Virus record (IMG/VR): IMGVR_UViG_3300032274_000036
Span: 1-28,023 of that record
Source: a virus
Lineage: Duplodnaviria; Caudoviricetes
Length of the DNA: 28,023 nucleotides
Reading direction: 5' to 3' (one strand)
The position numbers and the translations under genes are program-made. Under the pieces are notes generated by a model, which saw nothing but the letters and a program-made list of their open reading frames with translations, was not told the DNA's origin and ran no database searches. Shown here one piece after another: positions 6,873 through 16,017 of this stretch; within the stretch, counting starts at the first letter, position 1, and every line of letters starts with the position of its first letter.

Positions 6873-7649
6873 ATGGCGGACCAAGAAAGCAGCTTCTCAA
6901 ATGATGAAAACGTATCACCTGTTGAACGTTTAGTCGGTGAAGACAAGAAGTACAAAACTATTGAAGACTTGGCTAAAGCGGCTATCGAGAAAGACAAGCA
7001 TATTCAACAGTTAGAACATGAGAACGGAGAGTTGCGATCTACGTCCAACACAGGCAACCAAGAGAAGCCCCTTACTCGACAAGATGTAGTGGACCTTCTC
7101 AAGACCGAACAGACGCAGCAAAATACTGAAACTCAGCAGACCACACAGGGGGCACCCCAAGGGGGGGTTCAACAGGGTGGTGAGACAGATATCGCTACAG
7201 TAGTTCGTGAAGTGGTAGCCCAAGACCGAGAAGTACAGACCCGTGAGCAGAACCTTGCACAAGTTGAAACTAAGATGACTGAAGTGTTTGGTACTGCAGA
7301 GAAGAAGAAGGCAGCAGTCGTGGCTAAGGCAGCTGAACTCGGGGTATCTACTGCGTTCCTCGAAGATGCAGCGGCCAAGTCACCGAAGGCTTTCTTTATT
7401 CAGATGGGGATTGATTCTCAACAGACGCCTACACCTCCGTTGACCGATGGTGGTTCAGGTATTATTCCTCAAGCTGGACAACAGCAGCAGGAAGGCAACA
7501 CCACAATTACGGTAGGGCAGCCCCAGACCAAATCGTTCTATGACACTTTACGGAAGAAAGACAAACGTGCTTACTTCTCAGCAGATGTCCAGAACAAACT
7601 GATGAGTGATCGTCAGACCCTAGGTCCGGAGAAGTTCTATGATGTCTAA
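6873..7649 (+). CDS. Capsid scaffolding protein
   Basis: Immediately upstream of the capsid gene; coiled-coil, Q/E/T-rich, KKYKTIEDLAKA motif; AAGGAGG RBS. Confidence 0.8.
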   Translation: MADQESSFSNDENVSPVERLVGEDKKYKTIEDLAKAAIEKDKHIQQLEHENGELRSTSNTGNQEKPLTRQDVVDLLKTEQTQQNTETQQTTQGAPQGGVQQGGETDIATVVREVVAQDREVQTREQNLAQVETKMTEVFGTAEKKKAAVVAKAAELGVSTAFLEDAAAKSPKAFFIQMGIDSQQTPTPPLTDGGSGIIPQAGQQQQEGNTTITVGQPQTKSFYDTLRKKDKRAYFSADVQNKLMSDRQTLGPEKFYDV

Positions 7650-7675
7650 CACACTAACCTAAGGAGACTATTACT

Positions 7676-8617
7676 ATGATGGAAACAAGTAACAGTGGCC
7701 ATCTTATCCGCTCCGAAATCTGGTCGAGTCAGCTCAAGGAAGTTCTTGAAGATGAGTTGTTCGCTCAGCAGTGGGTAAATTGGCTCAGCGAGTTCCCTGA
7801 TGGTGATCAGTTTACTGTCCCGTCTGTTGGTCAGGCGCAGGTAAACGATTATGATGAGAACGAAGCTGTACAGTATCGTGCACTCGATACCGGTGAGTTC
7901 ACATTCACGATTGGCAACTACAAGCAATCGGGGATCTACATCACCAATAAGAACAAGCAGGATCTCTTCTATATGAACCAGCTTGTTAGCTCATTTGTTC
8001 CTAAGATGGAACGGGCAATCATGACTTCTGTTGAGACCAACATTCTTGGCCTTCAGAGTCAACAGACTGCTTCTGATGTCAACGCGATTAACGGTGCGCG
8101 TCACCGCTTCGTCGCTGGTGGCACGGATGAGGTAGTTAAGCTTGCTGACTTCGCTAAGGCGCGGTTTGCACTTAAGAAGGCTAACGTGCCCGATACGAAC
8201 CTGATCGGTATTGTTGATCCTAGCGTCGAAGTTACGCTTAACACTCTGTCTAACTTGACTAGTGTAAGTGATAACCCGCGATGGGAAGGTATCATCACTA
8301 GCGGTATCGCAACTGGGATGCGCTTCGTTAAGAACGTTTATGGCTTTGACATCTACGTTTCTAACAATCTCGCAGATGCTAACGAAACCATTGACTCTGT
8401 CACCACTACTGCAGGTAAGGCGAATATGTTCTTCTCTGCTGCCAGTGATGTACTGCCGTTCATGGGTGCGTGGCGTCAGATGCCCACGGTTGACTCCAGT
8501 TACAACAAAGACTTCCAGCGTGATGAGTACGTAGTTACGGCTCGCTGGGGTTCTAAGCTGTATCGTCCGGAGAACCTCGTCTGCATCCTCAGTGACACTG
8601 ATCAAGTGTACGCATAG
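7676..8617 (+). CDS. Major capsid protein
   Basis: 313 aa after scaffold; HK97-type features (LIRSEIWSSQL N-arm, GDQFTVPSVG, VYGFDIYVSNNL, C-terminal RWGSKLYRPE); high-expression-style codons. Confidence 0.9.
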   Translation: MMETSNSGHLIRSEIWSSQLKEVLEDELFAQQWVNWLSEFPDGDQFTVPSVGQAQVNDYDENEAVQYRALDTGEFTFTIGNYKQSGIYITNKNKQDLFYMNQLVSSFVPKMERAIMTSVETNILGLQSQQTASDVNAINGARHRFVAGGTDEVVKLADFAKARFALKKANVPDTNLIGIVDPSVEVTLNTLSNLTSVSDNPRWEGIITSGIATGMRFVKNVYGFDIYVSNNLADANETIDSVTTTAGKANMFFSAASDVLPFMGAWRQMPTVDSSYNKDFQRDEYVVTARWGSKLYRPENLVCILSDTDQVYA

Positions 8618-8635
8618 AAAAGGAGGATATAAGAC

Positions 8636-9154
8636 ATGGCTGATGCTGAATTGTGGGTTAACGATGATGGTCTTGAAGTTCGCTTCGGATCTGAGCAGGG
8701 CGCTGTTGCCCGAGGTGGCGAGATTGCTGCCTACGGGGAAGAGAAGCAGCTCACTTTGGATGTTGTTGGTACGGAAGTCCCTGCCACTGCATCTCAAGTC
8801 CCCATTGACAAAAATGTTACGCTACCGCCCGGCTCCTATATTACCAGTGCTACGTTCTACGTAGATACTGCGTTTGTAGGCGCTACGGCAACGCTAGATC
8901 TCGGCGTTATGAATGACGATGGCGATGGTACTTTCTCGGTGCTTGATGCTGACGGCATTGATGTCGATATCGCTATCACTGCAATTGATGCAGCTGATGA
9001 TGAGATTGCCTGTAATGGTGCATTGGTTGGTACTTCGCCAGTTAATGCCACCGATGCAACGCTGCCTCTGGTGTTCTCGTATGGGTTTGCTACAGCGGCT
9101 CTTACGGCTGGGCGTGGTCGCCTAGTTGTTAAATATCGTCCGACTGTAGTATAG
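8636..9154 (+). CDS. Probable capsid decoration/minor capsid protein
   Basis: Follows the capsid gene before a terminator; strong AGGAGG RBS; beta-rich with LPPGSYITSATFYVDTAF and GRGRLVVKY ends. Confidence 0.6.
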   Translation: MADAELWVNDDGLEVRFGSEQGAVARGGEIAAYGEEKQLTLDVVGTEVPATASQVPIDKNVTLPPGSYITSATFYVDTAFVGATATLDLGVMNDDGDGTFSVLDADGIDVDIAITAIDAADDEIACNGALVGTSPVNATDATLPLVFSYGFATAALTAGRGRLVVKYRPTVV

Positions 9155-9171
9155 CTACTACTTAAGAGCTT

Positions 9172-9208
9172 GGGGTGTCCTTCTATTAACAGGGGCACCC
9201 CTTGCTTC
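9172..9208 (+). terminator. Intrinsic terminator-like hairpin with a weak U-tract
   Basis: GGGGTGTCCTT-loop-AGGGGCACCCC followed by TTGCTTC, just after the capsid/decoration genes. Confidence 0.65.
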
Positions 9209-9234
9209 TATAACATTGTTAGGAGACACATCTA

Positions 9235-9732
9235 TTGACTACTGATCATAAAGATCTATCTGGTTCAGAGCTACATGAAGCTAAAGGTGTGGACTCAGCC
9301 AGTGCAGATCAAGTCTTTGTAGCTGATGGGGCAGGGTCCGGTGTCTTCGAGAAGATCACTACTGCCTCCATTGACCAAACTAATATATTCAACTTAAATA
9401 AAGTCTACGTTTCACAGCGAGTAGCAGACATTGGCACAGCAGCGTCCACCTTTGCTTTGATGCCTGTAGCAGGGAATATCACACACATTAGATCTGTTGT
9501 ACACGGGACTACTAGTGGCATTGCTGGTTTCACCTTTGAGATTGGAGGTGCTGCAGTCACTGAACCGGGGTTCAACATTGCCTCTGGTGCCACAAATGGC
9601 ACAGTAGATTCTTCTGTACCCACAGGTAATAATACCGTATCTGCAGGGGGTACCTTAGAGATAATCTCTGATGGCGTAGAAGCCAACGCAGTAGAGGCTA
9701 CCTTTATTATTGAAATCACTCAGACAGCTTAA
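9235..9732 (+). CDS. Structural protein (fibre/appendage-like)
   Basis: TTG start after AGGAG; N-terminal H..L...LHE.KG...A...VFVADGAGSG; beta-rich C-terminal domain. Confidence 0.6.
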   Translation: MTTDHKDLSGSELHEAKGVDSASADQVFVADGAGSGVFEKITTASIDQTNIFNLNKVYVSQRVADIGTAASTFALMPVAGNITHIRSVVHGTTSGIAGFTFEIGGAAVTEPGFNIASGATNGTVDSSVPTGNNTVSAGGTLEIISDGVEANAVEATFIIEITQTA

Positions 9733-9772
9733 CTTAGTTGAGTCACATAGTACAAAGAAGGACTAGGTAGAG

Positions 9773-11569
9773 ATGGCTAAGCTGACACTCACTGATCTAG
9801 CTACGATCACAGGCAATGAGACGTCTGCGATTAATGCTATCAATGCCAACAATGCCCTCATTGAGACTGCCCTAGAGAATACCCTGAGCAGGGATGGCAC
9901 TACGCCTAATGCTATGGGTGATAACTTAGATATGAATAACTTTGACATCCTTAACGTGGATGCCATTGATGTTCAGAGTCTGTCCTTAGATGGTCTATCC
10001 ATTGTAAACATGCTACCATCAGTGAACCCTAGAGGCTCATGGGTGACTCTAACAGAATATGCTGTAGGTGATCTTGTCCTAGGTGATGGTGAGCCTAACA
10101 CGTATATCTGCTATACTGCACACACCAGTGGCACCTTTGCTTCTGACAAGGCAGCTAACTGGTTGATCTTCGCTAGTCCTCCGTTGAACACAGAGACCCC
10201 AGAGGAGTTCAATGGAGATAGTGCTACTGTAGCTTTCACCTTAAGTAAAGCACCCAACGATGAAAAAGATGTACTGATCTTCATTGATGGTGTATTCCAA
10301 CAGCATACCACATACTCCATAAGTAGCACTACACTGACCTTCACTGAGGCCCCTCCTACAGGTACAGGGAACATAGCTGTATGGTACATGACTGGTACTG
10401 TATCAGCTGGTTCAGGTAATGTGAACGGTGGTACAGCTGATGATAATGCTGTAGCTCGCTATAATGCTAATGGCACTAACATACAGAACTCCGGTGTCCT
10501 AATTGATGACTCCAATAACGTAACTGGCATTGCCGCCTTGACTGCCACTGGTGCTGTTACCTTAGGTGCAGCTTCATTGATCTTCCCTGCTTCAGATGGT
10601 ACAGCCAACCAAGTAATTGAGACAGACGGTGCTGGTAACTTAAGCTTTGCTACAGTGGCAGGGGGTGCTGGAGACTCATGGGGCGATGTAGTTGATGCAG
10701 ATATCATCCCTGATGCAGATGGCACTAGAGACTTAGGAGCTACTGCTACTCGCTTCGCTGAAGTGTACACTGATGCTCTCTTCATTACAAATAATGTAAC
10801 GGTAGGTGGCACAGTAGACGGCAGGGACTTAGCCACTGATGGCACCAAGCTAGACGGCATTGAAGCCTCTGCTGATGTCACTGATGTAACTAACGTGACC
10901 TCTGCTGGTGCTTTGATGGACTCAGAGTTGGCCTCCATTGCAGATGTTAAAGCCCTGGATCAGAGTGTAGTAAGTGGAGCTGCGCCCACATTCACTACTA
11001 CTAATTTTACTGATGCAACAAATAAGCGTCTTCTGACTGATGCACAGGAGAGCTTAGTAGATAACTCATTACAGAATATTAGTGAAGACACTACACCACA
11101 ACTAGGTGGCTCTTTAGACTGCAATGGGCAGAACATGACTGATGTACAGGAGGTCACCTTTGACATCACTCCTGACACAGACCATACTGCTACAGGGTTT
11201 ACACACAGTGGTCTTAATGCAGGTGAGACTACAACTATCATGGACCTACTTTACCTTAATGAATCTGATGGTGAATGGCATATGGCTAACGCAGTCACAG
11301 CTAGCTCAGCAGAGGCTAAGGGCTTACTTGCTATTGGCTTAGCTGCTGGCACGGATACTACAGCCCTGAAGGTAGCCATGCCGGGTAGCTACGTCAGAGA
11401 TGATACATGGGCGTGGACTATAGGGGATGAGTTGTACGTAGGTGAGACCAACGGTACCATTACAGCCACAGCCCCTAGCACTTCAGGGGATACAGTGCGC
11501 AAGGTAGGCTTCGCTGTTACAGCAGACGTTATCTATTTCAATCCTGATCCTACTTACATAGTGGTATAA
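9773..11569 (+). CDS. Tail fibre protein
   Basis: 598 aa, T/A/G/D-rich; N-terminal anchor-like segment (ALENTLSRDG..PNAM...LDMN) and fibre modules (FNGD..TVAFTL, TLTFTEAPPTG, DGTKLDGIEA, DTTPQLGGSLD). Confidence 0.85.
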   Translation: MAKLTLTDLATITGNETSAINAINANNALIETALENTLSRDGTTPNAMGDNLDMNNFDILNVDAIDVQSLSLDGLSIVNMLPSVNPRGSWVTLTEYAVGDLVLGDGEPNTYICYTAHTSGTFASDKAANWLIFASPPLNTETPEEFNGDSATVAFTLSKAPNDEKDVLIFIDGVFQQHTTYSISSTTLTFTEAPPTGTGNIAVWYMTGTVSAGSGNVNGGTADDNAVARYNANGTNIQNSGVLIDDSNNVTGIAALTATGAVTLGAASLIFPASDGTANQVIETDGAGNLSFATVAGGAGDSWGDVVDADIIPDADGTRDLGATATRFAEVYTDALFITNNVTVGGTVDGRDLATDGTKLDGIEASADVTDVTNVTSAGALMDSELASIADVKALDQSVVSGAAPTFTTTNFTDATNKRLLTDAQESLVDNSLQNISEDTTPQLGGSLDCNGQNMTDVQEVTFDITPDTDHTATGFTHSGLNAGETTTIMDLLYLNESDGEWHMANAVTASSAEAKGLLAIGLAAGTDTTALKVAMPGSYVRDDTWAWTIGDELYVGETNGTITATAPSTSGDTVRKVGFAVTADVIYFNPDPTYIVV

Positions 11570-11574
11570 CAAAC

Positions 11575-12297
11575 ATGGCTGAACTGCTGTTGAAAATAGA
11601 AAACGGGTCCGGCTATGAGGCTGGCGATATTATCTGCGCCTTCTCGCGGATGGCGATACAGTGGACGCACTCAACGCTTCTTTGCCGAGCGGATGCGCCA
11701 TTCACACGCGATGGTTTGCGTCGGGATAATACGCTTTACTGGCACCTGTCTGAGAACACTTACGATTACAAAATGCAGCGGGTAAGTAAAACCGAAGTGC
11801 TGCAAACAGAGATCGCTACGGGCGATACAATCCTTGTTGGGCCGGAAGCAAACGCCAACGGGCACCATATGGATGTAGAACATTATTTGCAGCGCCGACT
11901 GGAATATCCGAGGCACCGCATCTTTGGCACCCCCGGCGCAGAATATTGGTACGCTAAAGAGAGGCCGACGCCTTCAAAGGTTCTAAGCCTGTGGAATAAG
12001 ATCGAGACATTCAGCCCACATAGAGAAGCCGATCACAGAGACTGGCCGCTGACACCAAAAGAGAAGCGGCACTTCCTTGGTATTGGCACTGTGGATATGA
12101 CGCCGCAGGAAGCAGCGAATTTAGTTGCTGCGGTTGAGACTGACGAGGAACGGCCAGTACGCCTGAAGAAGCGTGCCAATTTTGTCGATATCGATACGCT
12201 GGTTAGCGGCAAGACTGGCACGGACGTTCGCAATCCTTCGAAAGAAGTCGATATCCGGCATATTAAAAACGCGCTGAACATTGTGGCGGCGAAGTAA
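11575..12297 (+). CDS. Hypothetical protein in the tail module (atypical codon usage)
   Basis: 240-aa ORF coupled (TAATG) to the next gene; rich in CG-containing codons. Confidence 0.8.
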   Translation: MAELLLKIENGSGYEAGDIICAFSRMAIQWTHSTLLCRADAPFTRDGLRRDNTLYWHLSENTYDYKMQRVSKTEVLQTEIATGDTILVGPEANANGHHMDVEHYLQRRLEYPRHRIFGTPGAEYWYAKERPTPSKVLSLWNKIETFSPHREADHRDWPLTPKEKRHFLGIGTVDMTPQEAANLVAAVETDEERPVRLKKRANFVDIDTLVSGKTGTDVRNPSKEVDIRHIKNALNIVAAK

Positions 12298-13388
12298 TGG
12301 CTACCGAGACAAGATCAATCGGTTCAGGCGGTGGCCGCGACTACAGCACAATCGCCGCTTGGGATGCCGACCTAGACAACGCGACCGAATACCCATCAAA
12401 TCCCGATATCGTTGGCGAGCTATACAACGATGCGTCATTCCCTAACGACTACTTTGATATCATTAATTGCACTACCAGCAACCCGACGAGCATAACGCTG
12501 CGCCCCGCAACAGGGGAAGGGCATGATGGCACAGAGGGAACCGGCGCTCGCATTGTTATGACAGCGGATTACACTGCCAACATTGGCATTTACTCTGATC
12601 CCGGCACTGTAATCGACGGATTAGAAATAGATGGTGGCGGGTTTCATGCATCGAGTGGTGATCGTATTGGCTTTGAGTGTAACGCCACCACTGTGGGCAG
12701 CATTGTCAAAAACTGCATGGTCCACGACGGCGGCGACCCTGCTGAAACCACAAGCCTCGCAGGCTTCATAGCGTTTGACAGTGCTTCAATGAGGGCAACT
12801 TGGCAAAATTGTTTAGCTTATGAGCTAGTCAAGAACGCTGGCGGCTCTCGTGTCGGCATAGGGTTCAACGCGAACCACACCGGTGTTGCTCCCGTCGATG
12901 CGTACTTTTGCACTGTCCACAATATTGTCACAGCCATAAGCACAGACAACACGCACGGTTTTAGGTTCGGTAACAACGCAGCTAAAGAGATTAAGAATTG
13001 CATCTCCATCGGTGTGTCAAATGCGGACTTCACCGTTGGCGCTTCATGTGACGAGAGCCACAATATGTCCAGCGATGCCACGGCTGCTGGCACTGGATCG
13101 CTGACAACCAAGACTGCCGCGAATACGTTTGTCGCGACAGGTGCTTCACCCGACTATCACTTGAAGGCAGGCAACGAAGCCGAAGACGCGGGCACGCCTA
13201 TTACCGGTATAACGACTGACGTTGACGGCGACACGCGCGACGTTACTACGCCCGATATGGGCTGGGATGAGTTCGTTGCGGCGGGTGGTGGTGGGTTTAC
13301 TAAAGTGATCAACGGTGTCTCAACATATACCAGCATCAACGGAGTTGCAGCCTCAGGAATTGCATCAGTAAACGGAGTAGCAGCGTAA
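12297..13388 (+). CDS. Beta-helix (pectin-lyase-like) tailspike / putative depolymerase
   Basis: DYSTIAAW cap, repeated beta-helix-like rungs (IDGLEIDG, IVKNCMVHD, IKNCISIG), capping motif DYHLKAG..A.DAG..TDVDGDTR..PDMGWDE. Confidence 0.65.
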   Translation: MATETRSIGSGGGRDYSTIAAWDADLDNATEYPSNPDIVGELYNDASFPNDYFDIINCTTSNPTSITLRPATGEGHDGTEGTGARIVMTADYTANIGIYSDPGTVIDGLEIDGGGFHASSGDRIGFECNATTVGSIVKNCMVHDGGDPAETTSLAGFIAFDSASMRATWQNCLAYELVKNAGGSRVGIGFNANHTGVAPVDAYFCTVHNIVTAISTDNTHGFRFGNNAAKEIKNCISIGVSNADFTVGASCDESHNMSSDATAAGTGSLTTKTAANTFVATGASPDYHLKAGNEAEDAGTPITGITTDVDGDTRDVTTPDMGWDEFVAAGGGGFTKVINGVSTYTSINGVAASGIASVNGVAA

Positions 13389-13389
13389 G

Positions 13390-13587
13390 ATGATACAGCT
13401 AAGCAAAGAAGACGCAACGATGGTAGTTACAGTAATTGACTTAGTAGTCTCACGTGGAGCCATTAGAGGGCCAGAGATGCTGCAAGTAGGAGGGTTGCGG
13501 CACAGGGTAGCCATTGCTGTGGATACCTCTGTAGAGCGCGAGGAGGCTAGCAAGCTAGCGGAGGACACTGTAGATGGCACTGACTAA
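13390..13587 (+). CDS. Small hypothetical protein (possible fibre assembly factor)
   Basis: 65-aa ORF packed between tail genes with a GGAG RBS. Confidence 0.65.
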   Translation: MIQLSKEDATMVVTVIDLVVSRGAIRGPEMLQVGGLRHRVAIAVDTSVEREEASKLAEDTVDGTD

Positions 13588-14416
13588 GGTCAAGAATGGA
13601 GTCATTGGCGCATTAGCTGTAGACACTGCTGAGTTAGCAGCTAATGCTGTAACTACAGCTAAGATCACAGACGCCAATGTAACCACAGCTAAACTAGCAG
13701 ACAACGCTGTCACCCTTGCCAAGTTAGCAGGCGGAAGCGCAGGTGCTCTGTTGGGCTTCAATGTCTCTGGTGATCCTGCAGAGATTGATGAAGGCACGGC
13801 GGCGCAGGTCTTAACCAGTAATGGCCCTGGTGCTGTTCCTACTATGCAAGCAGCCCCTATTGGTGCATGGGAGTTTCTTGATACAGTAACTATGACAGGG
13901 GGAGCAGCGGCGCTATTAGGGGAAGCTGACACAAATGCTTGGTTTTCTGATAGTACCTACAAAGTATTTAAAGTCTTTTTCTACAATGTAGATTTTAGTG
14001 GTTCAGCTAATATGATGTGCTTTCGTGTTGGAACTGGAGCCACACCTACTATTGATAGTGGTGCCGGCAATTATAACTGGGCTGTAGATTCCCTTAACAC
14101 TAACTCTGCTGCTTTCTCTGGGTCCATAGATAACTCAGATACCTTAGTTGAGATGCAAGTTAACGCTGGTCCGGCTACATCTAGAGGCAATGCCCATGGT
14201 GAAGTAACTATATTCAACCCCAGTAGCTCCACTAAACATACAAGGATTGCTTGGAATATGCAGCAAACAGGTAGTGCTGGGACTCTAGAGCAGCAATACA
14301 GAGGTACAGCCACTTACCTAGAGAATACTGCTATAACTGCAATACAGTTTATAGAACAAGGGGGAGATACAATTGACACAGGTGAGTTTAGACTTTACGG
14401 GTTAAAGGACGCATAA
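13574..14416 (+). CDS. Short tail fibre / receptor-binding protein
   Basis: MALTKV start, repeated AVTTAK(I/L).D units, QVLTSNGPGA.P motif, beta-sandwich-like C-terminus ending GEFRLYGLK. Confidence 0.75.
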   Translation: MALTKVKNGVIGALAVDTAELAANAVTTAKITDANVTTAKLADNAVTLAKLAGGSAGALLGFNVSGDPAEIDEGTAAQVLTSNGPGAVPTMQAAPIGAWEFLDTVTMTGGAAALLGEADTNAWFSDSTYKVFKVFFYNVDFSGSANMMCFRVGTGATPTIDSGAGNYNWAVDSLNTNSAAFSGSIDNSDTLVEMQVNAGPATSRGNAHGEVTIFNPSSSTKHTRIAWNMQQTGSAGTLEQQYRGTATYLENTAITAIQFIEQGGDTIDTGEFRLYGLKDA

Positions 14417-14417
14417 T

Positions 14418-14705
14418 ATGCCAGACTTCCATCAAACAAGCAAGGGCATAGTTCCTTTCACTCCTGAAGAGCAAGCAGAAGTAGATGAACGTAGGGCCAA
14501 ACGATCCTCACAAGCTGAACAAGATAGGCTATTTAACAAAGTTGCTGATGAAGCACGTAGATCAGAGTACGCCTCTGTAGGTGATCAACTGGCTGCAATA
14601 TGGGAGGTCTTAGAAGTCCTACGTCCACGCAATTCTATGCCAGCTAAGGCTAAAGAAATCCTAGATGCCATAGATGCCACCAAAGCTAAGCACCCTAAGA
14701 GGTAG
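14418..14705 (+). CDS. Probable tail fibre assembly chaperone
   Basis: Follows the fibre gene; RRSEYASVGDQL...I...KAKHPK pattern typical of small proteins after phage fibres. Confidence 0.55.
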   Translation: MPDFHQTSKGIVPFTPEEQAEVDERRAKRSSQAEQDRLFNKVADEARRSEYASVGDQLAAIWEVLEVLRPRNSMPAKAKEILDAIDATKAKHPKR

Positions 14706-14707
14706 AC

Positions 14708-14983
14708 ATGGAGGAGCGTAGATCACAGGATGGCAGGAGAGATAAACTATTTGAGCTACTACAGGAAGCTAGAGATGCAGCTATACGCAATGAAACTAAC
14801 CTTGAAGGCTTCAAAGAGTCACTAGAGCGCCGTAGAGGCTATATAGATATAGCATTTGATAAACATGAAAATAGAATAAACTCTTTAGAGAGAGCTAGAT
14901 GGATACTAACAGGTGCTGTTGGTATTATGGGTGCATTCGGAGCATGGGCACTTAAGAAGATTGGACTAGGAGGACTACTTTAA
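14708..14983 (+). CDS. Small membrane protein, possible holin
   Basis: Coiled-coil N-terminus, one C-terminal hydrophobic helix (WILTGAVGIMGAFGAWAL) followed by KK. Confidence 0.5.
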   Translation: MEERRSQDGRRDKLFELLQEARDAAIRNETNLEGFKESLERRRGYIDIAFDKHENRINSLERARWILTGAVGIMGAFGAWALKKIGLGGLL

Positions 14984-15756
14984 TGCCACAGAGAACACTA
15001 TTGGATATGACTCAGGGCATCTTAAGCGCTATGGAGTCCGATGAAGTCAATGCTATTTCTGATACGGCTGAGTCCCTTCAGGTAGCTAACATCATCAAGA
15101 ATACCTACTATGATCTCATTAGTAACAAGACTATCCCTGAACACCAAAAGCTATTTGAGCTAACTGGCCTAGGCGATACTAACTATCCTACTATCATGAA
15201 GCTAGAAGATGATGCTGTGTCCGTAGAGTGGGTGTCCTACGATAAGAGGAGCAGTGCTACAGACACGGATGTCAACTTTGTTCAAGTACCCTACTGCCAC
15301 CCCACTGTGTTCTTAGAAAGAACCAACAAGAGGAACTCCGATGATGATGATGTTATCGTTACTACTGACACCACCTACACGAATGATGTGTCGCTGCTTA
15401 TCAGGACTGATGAGAACCCTCAGTTCTTCACTACATTCGATGATCAGCATCTGGTATTTGATTCCCACGATAGCACCATTGACACTACACTTACTGGTAC
15501 AAAAACTCAATGCTGGGGTACTATAGAGCCTGCCTTCTCTTTGACTGATGCATTCGTACCTGACATCGACAGTGATTTCTTCCCTTATTTGTTCAATGCA
15601 GCCAAAGCTGTATGCTTCGCTGAGCTTAAACAACAGGAACACGCTATTGCTATTGGATTAGCTAGGTCACATAAGCAGAAGTACCAGAATAATAAGCATA
15701 GGATTAAAAGAGCTAACGATCAACATAGACCCAACTATGGCCGTAAGAGCCGATAA
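14983..15756 (+). CDS. Tail adaptor (T7 gp11-like tail tubular protein A)
   Basis: TLLDMTQGILSAM...VNAI..T.ES..VANII N-terminus; size and position upstream of the nozzle. Confidence 0.7.
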   Translation: MPQRTLLDMTQGILSAMESDEVNAISDTAESLQVANIIKNTYYDLISNKTIPEHQKLFELTGLGDTNYPTIMKLEDDAVSVEWVSYDKRSSATDTDVNFVQVPYCHPTVFLERTNKRNSDDDDVIVTTDTTYTNDVSLLIRTDENPQFFTTFDDQHLVFDSHDSTIDTTLTGTKTQCWGTIEPAFSLTDAFVPDIDSDFFPYLFNAAKAVCFAELKQQEHAIAIGLARSHKQKYQNNKHRIKRANDQHRPNYGRKSR

Positions 15757-15766
15757 GGAGGACACA

Positions 15767-16012
15767 ATGCGTGATGGGCAAGTAGAGAGTGAATACCTAG
15801 AGACCTATGGCGGAGGTAAGTATGGGGCTAAGTGGAATAAGAGTAATGGTATGATTTACTTTGAACGCTTACAAGGTAGGGGCCCATTGCCCGAGAGCCT
15901 ACGTGGGGCCTACACTGCAACTCAGTTCACTGATGCTGCCTACAATGCCTACGTACGTTCTAAAGATAAGCCTGCAGTTAAACAAAATAGTTTCGTAAGC
16001 GTACAGGAGTAG
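15767..16012 (+). CDS. Small hypothetical protein
   Basis: Start moved from 15737 to ATG at 15767 after AAGGAGG; GPLPESLRGAYT segment. Confidence 0.7.
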   Translation: MRDGQVESEYLETYGGGKYGAKWNKSNGMIYFERLQGRGPLPESLRGAYTATQFTDAAYNAYVRSKDKPAVKQNSFVSVQE

Positions 16013-16017
16013 CATTA

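Noticed and set aside
8615-8638. Stop read-through fusing capsid to the in-frame decoration gene
   Set aside because: A second in-frame stop (TAA at 8630-8632) intervenes, the next gene has its own RBS, and no slippery site is evident.
7991-8797. 268-aa antisense ORF over the capsid gene (and similar shadow ORFs such as 641-928 and 19801-20421)
   Set aside because: Opposite strong genes, no motifs; expected by-products of codon bias.
9727-9743. Small hairpin after the 165-aa gene as a terminator
   Set aside because: AT-rich stem with wobbles, 3-nt loop and no U-tract.
13374-13388. 15-bp identity GGAGTAGCAGCGTAA with 4690-4704
   Set aside because: Both copies are RBS plus stop at gene junctions; too short and constrained to indicate a mobile element.
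9773-14416. Diversity-generating retroelement or invertible fibre segments
   Set aside because: No reverse transcriptase or invertase, and no template/variable repeat pair noticed in the window.
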